Below are positions 38,386-48,071 of a stretch of 64,000 nt of DNA, piece by piece (positions within the stretch are counted from its first letter, which is position 1; each line of letters begins with the position of its first letter). The notes beneath the pieces were generated by a model. It made no database searches and was not told the DNA's origin. It worked only from the letters and a program-made list of their open reading frames with translations. The stretch is from positions 1,751-65,750 of the forward strand of contig JBBSML010000012.1 in assembly GCA_038233215.1 (NCBI GenBank), given 5' to 3'. This DNA comes from Candidatus Limnocylindria bacterium. Lineage in GTDB: Bacteria > Chloroflexota > Limnocylindria > QHBO01. The position numbers were made by a program, and so were the translations under genes.

Positions 38386-39099
38386 GTGCTACCGCCGGTG
38401 CGGCCGGCCGTCCTGCTGGTCGATGACGACCGCACGTTGCTCTCGGTGGTTTCGCGGCGCGTGAGCCGCGCCGGGTACGAGGTACGGACCGCGACATCAG
38501 GACCGGCAGCGCTCAAGCAGTTGGAGGGGACCTGGCCTGCCCTCCTGGTGATCGACCTGATGATGCCCGGCATGGACGGCTTCGAGCTCGCCCGGCACGT
38601 GAAGCAGCTAGCTGACCTGCCGATCATCGTCCTTTCGGCCGTCGATGCGTCTGAAGCCAAGGTGAGCGCGCTGGAGCTGTATGCCGAGGATTACGTCACC
38701 AAGCCATTCGACCCCGACGAGCTGGTTGCTCGGATCCAACGCGTCCTGAGGCGGTCAGCGATCGGCAATCCGCAGCTCTCGTTTGACGGCGGGGACGTGG
38801 AGGTGGACCTGGCCACACGACGGCTGACTACGCCCGCGGGGTCGCATCAGCTCAGTCCCACCGAAGCGCGACTGCTCCAGGTGCTCGCCGCCTCCCTCGA
38901 TCGCGTCGTGCCCACCGATGAGCTCATCGACCGGGTCTGGACCGGTAGGGAGGGCGCCGATGCATCCTACCTATGGGTCACCGTCCGCCGATTACGTCGG
39001 AAGCTTGAGGCGGACCCCGACCGACCCCGCTATCTGCTGACCGAGCGCGGCCTCGGCTATCGGCTGGTCTCTAGCACGTCCGCGCCACTGCGCTCATAG
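38386..39099 (+). CDS. OmpR/PhoB-family response regulator
   Basis: REC LLVDDD...LVIDLMMPGMDG; winged helix LSPTEARLLQVLAAS.... Confidence 0.8.
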   Translation: MLPPVRPAVLLVDDDRTLLSVVSRRVSRAGYEVRTATSGPAALKQLEGTWPALLVIDLMMPGMDGFELARHVKQLADLPIIVLSAVDASEAKVSALELYAEDYVTKPFDPDELVARIQRVLRRSAIGNPQLSFDGGDVEVDLATRRLTTPAGSHQLSPTEARLLQVLAASLDRVVPTDELIDRVWTGREGADASYLWVTVRRLRRKLEADPDRPRYLLTERGLGYRLVSSTSAPLRS

Positions 39100-39102
39100 G
39101 CC

Positions 39103-40575
39103 GTGCCTCGCAGCGGCCTCTGGCTTCGCGTTTTCGTCGGCCTACTGTTGGCGGTGATGCCGCCCCTGCTCATGCTGGCCGGGGCGCTCCTGCTCACCGA
39201 ATATGTCCTCCACGGCACGGATCCCGCATCCGTCGCAGCCCTGGTCGTCATGGGAGCCATCGGCTGGGCGGCCATCCTGGCAATCTTCTTCACGCGCAGC
39301 CTCGCGCAGGATTACGGTTCTCTCCTTTCCCTTGCGCATCGCGGAGAACACGGTGGGGATGCCGAGGGGGATGCCGCGTACCGCGAGCTCGCCAGCCTTC
39401 TCGACGAGAGGGATCGCCAAGTCTCGACGCTGGCGCAGCAGGCCAGCACGATTCCCATCGACGATGAACCGCGGGCGGTCGTGGCATCCCTAGTGTCGGC
39501 AGTGCGGCGCGTGATGCGGGACTCAACCTGGCGCTGCGCCGTACTGGCATCCGATCACGAGGAACTCCTCCCTCCCGGGGTCTACCAGGGAACCGAAGAC
39601 GCCACCGAGCCGGGGGCTTTGGACGACCTCGAGCGTTGGGCCTCGGTCTCCGGTTGGGAGCGGCCGGCACGCCGGGAGGAGGGACCGTGGGGCGCCTTCG
39701 TCATCATCAATGTGGCCGCAAGCGAACGGGTGAGCGCCATTCTCTACGCTCCCTGGGAGGGCAGAGTTGACCCAACGCCGGCGGAGATCGGCCTGCTCAG
39801 CCTGGTTGGCCAACATGCCGGCACCGCGCTGGAGCATTCGCTCGTCTACTCCCAGGTACGGTCGCAGGCGGACGAACTCAACCGCATGGCCAGCATCCAG
39901 GCGGACTTCCTGCGAGGCGTCACCCACGACCTACAGACGCCGCTGACCAGCATGGCGGCGCTGGCTACCGAGCTGCAGGCGGAAGAGGTGGTTTCGGAGA
40001 CGGCACGTGCGGACCTTGAATCCATCGCCCACCAGGCCGAACGTATGCGACGGATGGTAAGCCAGCTCCTGATCGCGTCGCGCTTGGAGGCCGGAGGCAT
40101 TTCAGCACACCAGGACGTTTTCGCCGTTCCGCCATTGGTGGAGCGGACATGGGCCGCGCTGCGAGCGAATCGACCCTTCGCGCTGAAGGTCGCCGGGCCT
40201 CCGCACCTCGCGGTGGCGGACCAGGATCGCCTGGAGCAGGTCCTCTGGGCGGTGCTGGATAACGCGGTCAAGTACAGTCCTGCGGGCTCGTCGGTCGACG
40301 TGCATATCAGCCCAGAAGCCGGCCTGCTCGCGATCATCGTGGCCGACCGGGGCACCGGCATGAGTGAGGCCACCCGCGCCAGGGCATTCGACCAGTTCTA
40401 TCGCGCGCCGGAGGCACGCAAGCTGGCGCCCGACGGCAGCGGAGTCGGACTGTATGCCGCGCGCGGGATCATGCAGGCAATGGGCGGCTCCATAGACATC
40501 GACAGCCACCTCGGGCGAGGTGCGCGCGTGACACTCCGGCTGCCAGCCGAAGCGAGCGGCGCCGCCGGGGAGTAG
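39103..40575 (+). CDS. membrane sensor histidine kinase (HisKA + HATPase_c)
   Basis: 2 N-terminal TM helices; H-box FLRGVTHDLQTPLTSM; ATPase DRGTGMSEATRARAFDQFYRA...GVGLYAARGIMQAMGG. Confidence 0.8.
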   Translation: MPRSGLWLRVFVGLLLAVMPPLLMLAGALLLTEYVLHGTDPASVAALVVMGAIGWAAILAIFFTRSLAQDYGSLLSLAHRGEHGGDAEGDAAYRELASLLDERDRQVSTLAQQASTIPIDDEPRAVVASLVSAVRRVMRDSTWRCAVLASDHEELLPPGVYQGTEDATEPGALDDLERWASVSGWERPARREEGPWGAFVIINVAASERVSAILYAPWEGRVDPTPAEIGLLSLVGQHAGTALEHSLVYSQVRSQADELNRMASIQADFLRGVTHDLQTPLTSMAALATELQAEEVVSETARADLESIAHQAERMRRMVSQLLIASRLEAGGISAHQDVFAVPPLVERTWAALRANRPFALKVAGPPHLAVADQDRLEQVLWAVLDNAVKYSPAGSSVDVHISPEAGLLAIIVADRGTGMSEATRARAFDQFYRAPEARKLAPDGSGVGLYAARGIMQAMGGSIDIDSHLGRGARVTLRLPAEASGAAGE

Positions 40576-40680
40576 TACGACCGTACCAATGCGATCGGGA
40601 CGGTTTACGGGCAGGCTGCAAGGTGACGTGCAAGGTCGCGCTCATAGACTCCGCTCATAAGTCGCTAACGAGCCCCCAAG

Positions 40681-41769
40681 TTGTTTCGCCGACACGTATC
40701 ACGAGCGTCCGCCAGCCGCGGGCAGGCAATGGTTGAGCTGGCAATCATCCTGCCACTTCTCGCTTTGCTCCTTGTGATGGCGCTGGACTTCGGTCGTGTT
40801 TTCTACAGTTCTGTGTCTCTCAACAACGCGAGCCGGGTCGGAGCTAACTACGCCGCGGCACACCCCACGGACACGTGGGGCCCGGGTTCCAAGTACGCGA
40901 ACCAGATCCAGAGAGACGCCGCCGCGATTGGCTGCCAACTACCGACTCCACTCCCGCCACCCACCTTTCTCAACGGCACCACTCCCGGAGGAGATGCACA
41001 GGTCAGGCTGACCTGCACCTTTACGCTGATCACCCCCTTGGCAAATAGCATCATCGGCGGTCCCGCGGCCCTGGCCGCGACTTCAAGCTTCCCCATCCGA
41101 AGTGGCCTTCTTGCCGGCGCGCCACCGCCTCCGCCTCCGGCAGCCTGCTTCTTGGTGCCAAATCTCGTAGGCTCCAGCGTAGCCGCTGCACGAGTCACGT
41201 GGGGCCAAGCAGGGTTTGTGGCTGGGACGTTCTCCCCAGCCACGGGCAATGATGCCGAGCCGGTCAACTTCCAGACCACCAGCCCCGTCTCGGTCCCTGG
41301 CGACTGCCTGCCGGTAACCACGACCGTGACGGTAGGGTCCACAGCTGCTCCACCGCCACCGCCCGGTTGCCGGATCGTGCCGCAGCTGGTAGGCCTGAGC
41401 GGAGCCGCGGCACGCGCTGAGTGGACCAGCTACGGTTTCGCGGCCGGCACATTCTCGCCTGCCACCGGCAACGACAGCTCGACGGTGCTCACGCAGACCA
41501 CGAACCCGGCTGCCTCGCCAGGCGGCTGTATCTCGCCGACCTCGTCGGTCACCGTTACCTTCGGCGCCGCACCACCACCACCAACGTGCACCGTGCCCGG
41601 GCTGAGCGGCGTCGGTGCCAACCAGGCGACAAACCAGTGGACGGGTGCCGGTTTCAGCGGGACCCTCACGATCACGCGACCGCCCAATGGCAACTACCAG
41701 ATCAAGAACCAGACCATCGTGGGTGGCCAGAAGGTGCCGTGCAACAGCGCGATGTCGGTGGGCGGATAG
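40681..41769 (+). CDS. TadE-like minor pilin fused to three tandem PASTA-like repeats
   Basis: TadE N-terminus RGQAMVELAIILPLLALLLVMALDFGRVFY. Poly-Pro linkers, then three about 70-aa repeats each beginning C..VP.LVG (FLVPNLVGSSVAAARVTWGQAGF..., RIVPQLVGLSGAAARAEWTSYGF..., TVPGLSGVGANQATNQWTGAGF...). Confidence 0.7.
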   Translation: MFRRHVSRASASRGQAMVELAIILPLLALLLVMALDFGRVFYSSVSLNNASRVGANYAAAHPTDTWGPGSKYANQIQRDAAAIGCQLPTPLPPPTFLNGTTPGGDAQVRLTCTFTLITPLANSIIGGPAALAATSSFPIRSGLLAGAPPPPPPAACFLVPNLVGSSVAAARVTWGQAGFVAGTFSPATGNDAEPVNFQTTSPVSVPGDCLPVTTTVTVGSTAAPPPPPGCRIVPQLVGLSGAAARAEWTSYGFAAGTFSPATGNDSSTVLTQTTNPAASPGGCISPTSSVTVTFGAAPPPPTCTVPGLSGVGANQATNQWTGAGFSGTLTITRPPNGNYQIKNQTIVGGQKVPCNSAMSVGG

Positions 41770-41770
41770 C

Positions 41771-42250
41771 ATGCGCCTGCTTCAACGTCGCCCCAGACGA
41801 GGCCAGTCCCTCGTGGAGTTCGCGCTCGTTCTCCCGATCTTCTTCCTGCTCCTGTTCGGAGTACTGGATCTCGGTCGCGGCGTTCTCGCCTTCAACTCTG
41901 TGTCCAACGCGGCACGGGAGGGCGTTCGAACGGCGATTGTCGATCAAACGGTTTCTGCCATCAAGGCACGAGCCGCCAGGACGTCCACCGGGGCTGCGCT
42001 CTCCGCCGGGGACATCCGCATCGCGTTCCGCAGGAGTGACGACCCCACCAACATCAGCAACGTGTGCAACCCGGTTCGCGAAGGATGCGTCGCCGTCGTG
42101 ACCGTGCAAACGCTCTTCCAGGCGGCAACGCCGTTGATCGGCAACATCGTCGGCCCGGTCTGCATTCAGTCCACGACCATGATGGCCGTCGAGGCCGTAC
42201 CAACCCCCACCCCCGCTCCACCTCCCGCGTGGACGGCGGCCTGTCCGTGA
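41771..42250 (+). CDS. TadE-like minor pilin
   Basis: MRLLQRRPRRGQSLVEFALVLPIFFLLLFGVLDLGR. Confidence 0.65.
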   Translation: MRLLQRRPRRGQSLVEFALVLPIFFLLLFGVLDLGRGVLAFNSVSNAAREGVRTAIVDQTVSAIKARAARTSTGAALSAGDIRIAFRRSDDPTNISNVCNPVREGCVAVVTVQTLFQAATPLIGNIVGPVCIQSTTMMAVEAVPTPTPAPPPAWTAACP

Positions 42251-43395
42251 TGGAGAAGACAATGCCCCGCTCCCACACTGCGCGCCCTGACGAGCGCGGC
42301 CAGATTCTCGTGATGGTCGCCGCTGGGCTTTTCACGCTCATCGCCTTCATCGGCGTCATCATTGATGGCGGCAACGCGTGGTCGCAGCAGCGCGGCATGC
42401 AGAACGGCACAGACGCGGCAGCCGAGGCGGGCGCGGTCGTCCTGGCCCAGCGGATCAGTGGAGCGTCCCGAACCGATTCTGATGTCGCCGCCGCGGTTGC
42501 GAACTTCGGCGCCAAGAACAACATCCAGGTTCCGGCGGCGTACTACACCGACTACACCGGTTCCCTGCTCGCCCCGAGTGGCACGACCACCACGGATCCG
42601 TCCGCCGCGGCGCGCGTCGGCGGCGGGTCGATCCCCAATGGAACGCAGGGCGTACGCGCCTCCGGCCGGCGAACGTTCGAGACCTTTCTTGCCCGTATCA
42701 TCGGTATCAATCAGTGGACGACGTCGGGGGAGGCAACGGCGGTCACGGGGCCCCCGCGGAGCATCTGCGCAGGTGCGGACGGATGCGCCCTGCTGCCCGT
42801 GGCCTTCCCGGTCAACCTGATCCAGTGCGATGGGTCAGACAAGGTGCAGTACAAGGTGCCGGTGGAGCCCTACGTCGCGGGTAGGCGGTACATCTTTCCG
42901 CTCTGCTTCAACTCGCCAGGCAACGTGGGCTGGCTCGACTGGGTTCCCCCAGCCGGTGGCGCGAGCGAGGTGGCATCGTCCATCTCCACTCCGAATAATC
43001 CAGCCATTGACCTGCCGTCATGGGCCGGAATCGACCAGACTGGCAACATCAGCAGCTCGCAAGTCGAGAATGCACTCAACGGCTACATTGGTCAGCCAGT
43101 CACGCTCCCGCTGTTCGACAGCACCTGCGATATGGAACCGTCTGGAGTTCTTGTCGGTGATTGTCCGGCCGGCCATGTCGGCGGAAATGGGAACAACCAG
43201 TGGTACCACATACCGACAGTCATGTCCCTGGTCATCGAGCGCGCCTACATCAACGGGACCTACAGCCAGTGCGCGCCGGTTGGCGCCAAGAGCTGCATCA
43301 TCGGCACGGTCACTTCCTTGACTGAGTCGGGCACGGTGGGACAGGTTACGGGCACCACCGTATATGACAATGTCAGGGTCCAGCTCGTCCGCTAG
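42250..43395 (+). CDS. TadG-like (Tad_N domain) pilus protein
   Basis: ERGQILVMVAAGLFTLIAFIGVIIDGGNAW...TDAAAEAGAVVLA; ATGA overlap with upstream gene. Confidence 0.65.
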   Translation: MEKTMPRSHTARPDERGQILVMVAAGLFTLIAFIGVIIDGGNAWSQQRGMQNGTDAAAEAGAVVLAQRISGASRTDSDVAAAVANFGAKNNIQVPAAYYTDYTGSLLAPSGTTTTDPSAAARVGGGSIPNGTQGVRASGRRTFETFLARIIGINQWTTSGEATAVTGPPRSICAGADGCALLPVAFPVNLIQCDGSDKVQYKVPVEPYVAGRRYIFPLCFNSPGNVGWLDWVPPAGGASEVASSISTPNNPAIDLPSWAGIDQTGNISSSQVENALNGYIGQPVTLPLFDSTCDMEPSGVLVGDCPAGHVGGNGNNQWYHIPTVMSLVIERAYINGTYSQCAPVGAKSCIIGTVTSLTESGTVGQVTGTTVYDNVRVQLVR

Positions 43396-43624
43396 TGACG
43401 CAAACTGCGATCGTCTTTAGGCGACGCCCACTTGAGGCGAGTCGTCTGGTGGGCGAAGGGCGCACGTGAATGCATCGAGCTTCCCGTCGGGACGATACAC
43501 CTCAGCAGGAGCAAGCCGGGCGATCGGCTGTGGGCTAGTGAACGCGGGATCGTTGGAGGGTGTCCTTCCGTAAGCCGGTAAGCCCGGCCTGCAGGGGTAT
43601 GGAACTCGAACCGCAGTTGACCGC

Positions 43625-45265
43625 CTAGGGACCCGTGACACAGAGATTGCCGGGTGAACACGCACGATCAAGTCGAAGGACTCCTCGCCGCTCGGTGTTG
43701 CTGGCCGTTAATCTGAAGACAGACGAGTCGAACTTCAAGGTCCATGACCACAGCTGGCCGATCTCGGCGGCGGAGGTGGAATTTCCCTTGAAGTCTGCAT
43801 TGTCGCTCGGGGCATACTGCACGCCTGCAAGAAAAATGTTTCCTCCCCCTGTGAGAGTCAGCGTGGAGTTCTCGCTGTCCTTGCAGTCGGGTGGAGTGGT
43901 CAGCCCCACGATGCAGTTGGGGTCCCGACGCACCATCACCGTCAAAGGGAGAGGACGGTCTCCAATAGTCTGTACCGGGCCCGTCGGTCCAGTCGCCGCC
44001 TTGGCCTTCTTGCCCGACGAGTTGAGGTAAGCGCTGCCGTAGTTCATCGCCAGCAGCGAAGTTGCGGTCTTGGTCGTGAACCTCCCAGGCTCCCGCCCCT
44101 CGCTGCTCGCTTCCTTGAAGACGAGGGCCACGCCGGCCTGATCTGGCACGAAGCCACCAATCAGACTCTCCGAGACGGTTACTCCAAAGTCGAAGAAGTA
44201 GACGCCTGGCGCAAGGAGGTACGCCGTTTGGGTCGTCGCGCTGACTACTTGATACCGATAGACGCCCGGTCGCAAGCAGACTGCGGTCACCTTGAGGGGA
44301 TCACGAATGAGTTGGTTCGTCTTTAGCTCACGGTAGGAGTCCGGGACGGACGCCTGAAGGGCGCTGCAACGCGCCGCATAGTTCGCGTCATAAGCCGGGT
44401 GTCCGACCTTCGTGCCCATTGCCTCAGCCTCGTCGGCGTACCGATATCGCGGGTCGGTGGGAGCGTCCGGGATCGTGTAATTCGGATCATCTGTGTACGT
44501 GGCCGTCTGGACCCCGGTCGGATTCCCGCTCCACAACTTATACGGGTCGTAGTAGTACAGGTTGTAATCAGGATCAAGGATTAGTTGAGAGAATCCCGCT
44601 CCTCCGCCGCCGCCATAGAACATGTTGGTGTTGGTGACGACGTCCCCGTTCGCGACGTATACCTTGCTGCCGCCGGTGATCTGGAGGTTTTTCTCGTTTG
44701 CGTCGCTCGCATTATTGCGAGGGCTTGGTGGTCGCAGGGCGACGAGGGCATACTGACGAGCGTGAACCACACCTGCGACAGACGTCGCCCGAACCTGCCA
44801 TTGGTTCTGACCCAAGATCCGGCCAAACGTGAGTTTGAAGGAAGGCTGCCAGACGCTTACCTGGACCGCACGGGAGGACTCGCAGTCCAAGCAGCTCGGC
44901 GAGGGCGTGATGATGGACACGCGATAGTCCGTCCCCGACATCGCGCAGCCGCCAGCCGTAAGGCAGTCGCCGGCAGGTCCGGTCTTGCTTGGACCGCCGA
45001 GCTGCGAAGCGAGAACGTCCCACGCGTGCTGACGAGCCTTGGCTCGTTCGGTTTCCGTGGGCAAGGCCCTGGTCCCCGGCACCTGTAAGTCCTGAGCACC
45101 GGCAAGAGAAGCTGCGTCCGCCACGGACCGTTCCCAGCGTTCCGCCATGTAGGCAGCGCTGACGTCGACCGCGAGGGCGCTGAGACCTAGCAAGACAGTC
45201 ATCATGAGCGCCGCAAGGACCAGTACCTGGCCTCGCTGAGATTGAGAGAATGCTACGTTGGTCAT
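43625..45265 (-). CDS. large TadG-like (Tad_N domain) secreted pilus-associated protein
   Basis: QRGQVLVLAALMMTVLLGLSALAVDVSAAYMAER...ADAASLAGAQDL; 546 aa. Confidence 0.65.
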   Translation of the reverse strand: MTNVAFSQSQRGQVLVLAALMMTVLLGLSALAVDVSAAYMAERWERSVADAASLAGAQDLQVPGTRALPTETERAKARQHAWDVLASQLGGPSKTGPAGDCLTAGGCAMSGTDYRVSIITPSPSCLDCESSRAVQVSVWQPSFKLTFGRILGQNQWQVRATSVAGVVHARQYALVALRPPSPRNNASDANEKNLQITGGSKVYVANGDVVTNTNMFYGGGGGAGFSQLILDPDYNLYYYDPYKLWSGNPTGVQTATYTDDPNYTIPDAPTDPRYRYADEAEAMGTKVGHPAYDANYAARCSALQASVPDSYRELKTNQLIRDPLKVTAVCLRPGVYRYQVVSATTQTAYLLAPGVYFFDFGVTVSESLIGGFVPDQAGVALVFKEASSEGREPGRFTTKTATSLLAMNYGSAYLNSSGKKAKAATGPTGPVQTIGDRPLPLTVMVRRDPNCIVGLTTPPDCKDSENSTLTLTGGGNIFLAGVQYAPSDNADFKGNSTSAAEIGQLWSWTLKFDSSVFRLTASNTERRGVLRLDRACSPGNLCVTGP

Positions 45266-45846
45266 TGGGGTGCCTTGGGTTCCATGCGGAGTTGAGTCGA
45301 CGAGGTCACGCAGTAGCCTGAAGATCCCTGACAGTTACCGATGAGAGCCTGAAGCCCGGGCAGGAATATCGGCACGACGTGGCTGACCTTCACCCGGATC
45401 GACCAGGGAATTCTGCCGTCAGCCGGCGGACAGTCACTGGGGAACAATGCAATTGGCGGACTGCCCCACTGCCAATCGGCGGCAGGCTGCTGTCCGGAAG
45501 GGAACCAGTCGACACCGACACCGCGCGCACCCCCTGACGTTGACGAGCCAGCGCTTGCCCATGGGGTCCAACCAACTAGCGAAGCTCGGCCGGCCTGCTC
45601 GTTGGCCTTAGAGCTCACGTTCGCACGAGACGCAGCGGAGTCGCACGGAGCAAGAGGTTGCGTCACTGCCCAACGTGCTGTCTCCCGGGCTACCTCCGTA
45701 ACCGCGTTCTGCGTCCAGAGAATCACCGAAAACTGGACCAGGCCGCCTACGACGAGCATGAACAGCCCGATAACAAGAGCGAACTCGACCATCGCCTGTC
45801 CTCGGGAACTGCAACCGTTGGCAAGAGGCTTAGTCCAAACTCTCAC
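45262..45846 (-). CDS. TadE-like minor pilin
   Basis: ...SSRGQAMVEFALVIGLFMLVVGGLVQFS. GTG start at 45844-45846 overlaps the upstream stop as GTGA. Confidence 0.55.
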   Translation of the reverse strand: MRVWTKPLANGCSSRGQAMVEFALVIGLFMLVVGGLVQFSVILWTQNAVTEVARETARWAVTQPLAPCDSAASRANVSSKANEQAGRASLVGWTPWASAGSSTSGGARGVGVDWFPSGQQPAADWQWGSPPIALFPSDCPPADGRIPWSIRVKVSHVVPIFLPGLQALIGNCQGSSGYCVTSSTQLRMEPKAPQ

Positions 45847-46412
45847 TGGTCTTCCTGTGGCTCCATGCGGAACTGCGAGGTCGCGGTAACCGGGAAGGTG
45901 CACCCGGAACTTTGGCACGTGATAGAGAGTGGCAGGTACTCCAGCCCCGGAATGAACACTGGAACGCCGTGGGCCAACCGCACCGTGACGTACTCGGTTA
46001 CCCGGTTGTCGAGCGGACGGACACACGCCCCACCACCCTCTCGCGACCACACGACCTCTACCCCGCCATCCGCATTCGGAGCACTAGCGGGGAGCTGAGT
46101 GTTATCCGGGTATGCCATGAAGACGTTCCAGCCGCTGGAGTATCCGAGGATCCCCGCCTCAGAGGCGAAAAGATTGGCTTGAGTAAGGGGTTGGGGAGGC
46201 GCGTCCGTCGCCGCCTTGGCGCATGGGTCACGCGTTTGTGTAGCTGCCCAACGTCCGGTGTCCCTGGCAACCTGGACCAGCGCGTGCCTAGCGGCAAAGA
46301 TCGCCCCTACTTGGACGACTCCTCCGATCAACGCCAGCAGAACTGGTAGGACGATTGCGAATTCGACGAGGGATTGCCCCCGCCGCGGTTTGGTGAACAT
46401 TCGATAGGACAT
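45843..46412 (-). CDS. TadE-like minor pilin
   Basis: MSYRMFTKPRRGQSLVEFAIVLPVLLALIGGVVQVGAIF. Confidence 0.65.
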   Translation of the reverse strand: MSYRMFTKPRRGQSLVEFAIVLPVLLALIGGVVQVGAIFAARHALVQVARDTGRWAATQTRDPCAKAATDAPPQPLTQANLFASEAGILGYSSGWNVFMAYPDNTQLPASAPNADGGVEVVWSREGGGACVRPLDNRVTEYVTVRLAHGVPVFIPGLEYLPLSITCQSSGCTFPVTATSQFRMEPQEDQ

Positions 46413-46939
46413 CTGTACTGGGGGAAGACGGCAATCGTACCTGGCCTACCTTGCAATCCCCCTAACAAGCCGGTCCTCGTCACCTACCTACTTTCACGGC
46501 ACGGCTTACCGCTCCGTGTGCCGACTATCAAGTAGCAGATGGGGTCCTCAGGACGATTTCCTTAGCTTCGCAGGCGTCGAAGTCCGCCGCTCACGCGGGC
46601 TGAATCCCGGACTATGGTAAGGATTGGCAGAGTCATGGCGGCGCGCCAGAATCGGCAATATGAAGAACTGGGCTCGACGCTTGCTTTCCGCCACGGTTTG
46701 GGCCTTGGCGATCTCGACTTGGGGATCGATTGGACACCACTTACTTGGTACGCCGGATCTCGGGCCAGTACTACCGTTGGCCGTCGGCCTAATTGTCGTC
46801 GGCTGGCCCCTTGGGGCGGCGTATCGCAACCGAATCTCCACCACACCACCGATCTCCGCCATGGGCGGTACGCGCGGTGCGTAGGGCGGCCGAAGTGGCG
46901 ACCTCTAGATAGCTAAGCGCCGGCCCACAGGACCGAGAC

Positions 46940-47781
46940 TCAGGCCTCCAGGGTAGCGGTGATGATGATGTCGTCGACCACGATGACCGCCGGTGGCGGT
47001 CCCGATGCCACTGCAAAGGCACCGCGCAGGTTGTTAAGCCAAGCCACCCGGTTGAGCCGGTGCTGCTTCGTCGTCGGTCGCGTCCGCACGAGCACCGAGG
47101 ATAGGGGCAGCCCAACCGGCGCGACAGCCCGTTGCTCGATCAGCTCGGCCTGGTGGTAGCCGCGCGCCGCCAGCCGCGCGGCGTGAACGGGAACCGGCAC
47201 CAGCGCGGCCGCGGGACCCGCAATCGGCAGCAGCAAGCGCAGCGCGGGCAGTGCCGCATCGGCGAGGGGGGCGCCGGGCGGGAGACGCCGGCGTACTTGG
47301 GCGCCGCGAGCGCGCGACGCATCGGTCCTTCGTAGGCGAAGGCAGCGATGGCGAAGAGGAGCGCGTCACCGACCACAACGCCGGCATCGGGCGCGACGAT
47401 CGGTCGCGTGGATCCAGCGGTGTCCGGAAGCACGCGGGGCAGGCGGCGCAGAGGAGCGCGCCCGACCGAACCAGCCGGCGCAGGCGGGAGACAGGAGCAG
47501 GTCCAGGAGTCGCATCGGCCTCCAACGGCACGTGTCGTTGACGGGTCCAATCCTTGCGTGAATCTAGGCGCGCATACGTCCTGCACGATCAATCTCGCCA
47601 AGTAATCAACGTCCGCTTCAGCGGCGGCGAGGAAGGTCTCGGTTCGGAATCCGGCCGAGGCGCTCTTGCGTTGTACTGCCCTGCGATGATGCGCCGATGA
47701 CTGGTGCGGCCCGTTACATCCGAATCGAGAACATGACCCGGGGAACGGTCGTGGGCGAGCGGGTGCGCGTAGCCAGGTCAA
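46940..47781 (-). pseudogene. decayed, frameshifted paralog of comF (ComF/phosphoribosyltransferase family)
   Basis: Two frames give VAPDAGVVVGDALLFAIAAFAYEGPMRRALAAPKY... and ...GYHQAELIEQRAV...RTRPTTKQHRLNRVAWLNNLRGAF...VIVVDDIIITATLEA. These match the intact comF at 48544..49191 (about 80% nt identity over the aligned part) but lack the last about 20 codons. Confidence 0.55.
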
Positions 47782-48071
47782 GCCGCGACCGCACGGTCGG
47801 TCTGCTGCGGACGCCGGAGGTCAAGCTCGGCGAGGGACTCTGGATCGAGCGGTCACCGTCGATCCACATGTTCTTCATGCCCTACGCCATCGACGCCGTC
47901 TTCGTCGGCAAGGCCGGCCGCGTCACGAAGGTGGTAGTCAACCTGAAGCCGTGGCGCGTCGTGTGGTGGGCGCGCGGCGCCCGCGACTGCCTGGAGCTGC
48001 GGGCGGGAGCGGCCGCCGAGAGCGGCACCCAGGTCGGTGACGAGCTGCGGCTCGTCGACATCGGCTCTTAA
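47697..48071 (+). CDS. DUF192-family protein (COG1430)
   Basis: LWIERSPSIHMFFMPYAIDAVFVGKAGRVTKVVVNLKPWRV; likely start MTRGTV at 47733. Confidence 0.6.
   Translation: MTGAARYIRIENMTRGTVVGERVRVARSSRDRTVGLLRTPEVKLGEGLWIERSPSIHMFFMPYAIDAVFVGKAGRVTKVVVNLKPWRVVWWARGARDCLELRAGAAAESGTQVGDELRLVDIGS

Noticed and set aside
43560-43625. tRNA-like T-loop sequence (ggaactcgaaccgcag / GGTTCGAG on the other strand)
   Set aside because: I could not build a 5-bp T-stem, acceptor stem or anticodon arm around it. It is the 3' untranslated end of the TadG-like gene.
32085-46500. Search for tadV/cpaA (prepilin peptidase) and rcpA/cpaC (secretin) within the Tad locus
   Set aside because: No ORF of suitable size or motif content on either strand, so absence is reported rather than a feature.
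46624-46884. 86-aa ORF with a hydrophobic segment, considered as a prepilin peptidase or small membrane protein
   Set aside because: Too short for an A24 peptidase, lacks the paired Asp motifs and has no RBS. Left uncalled.
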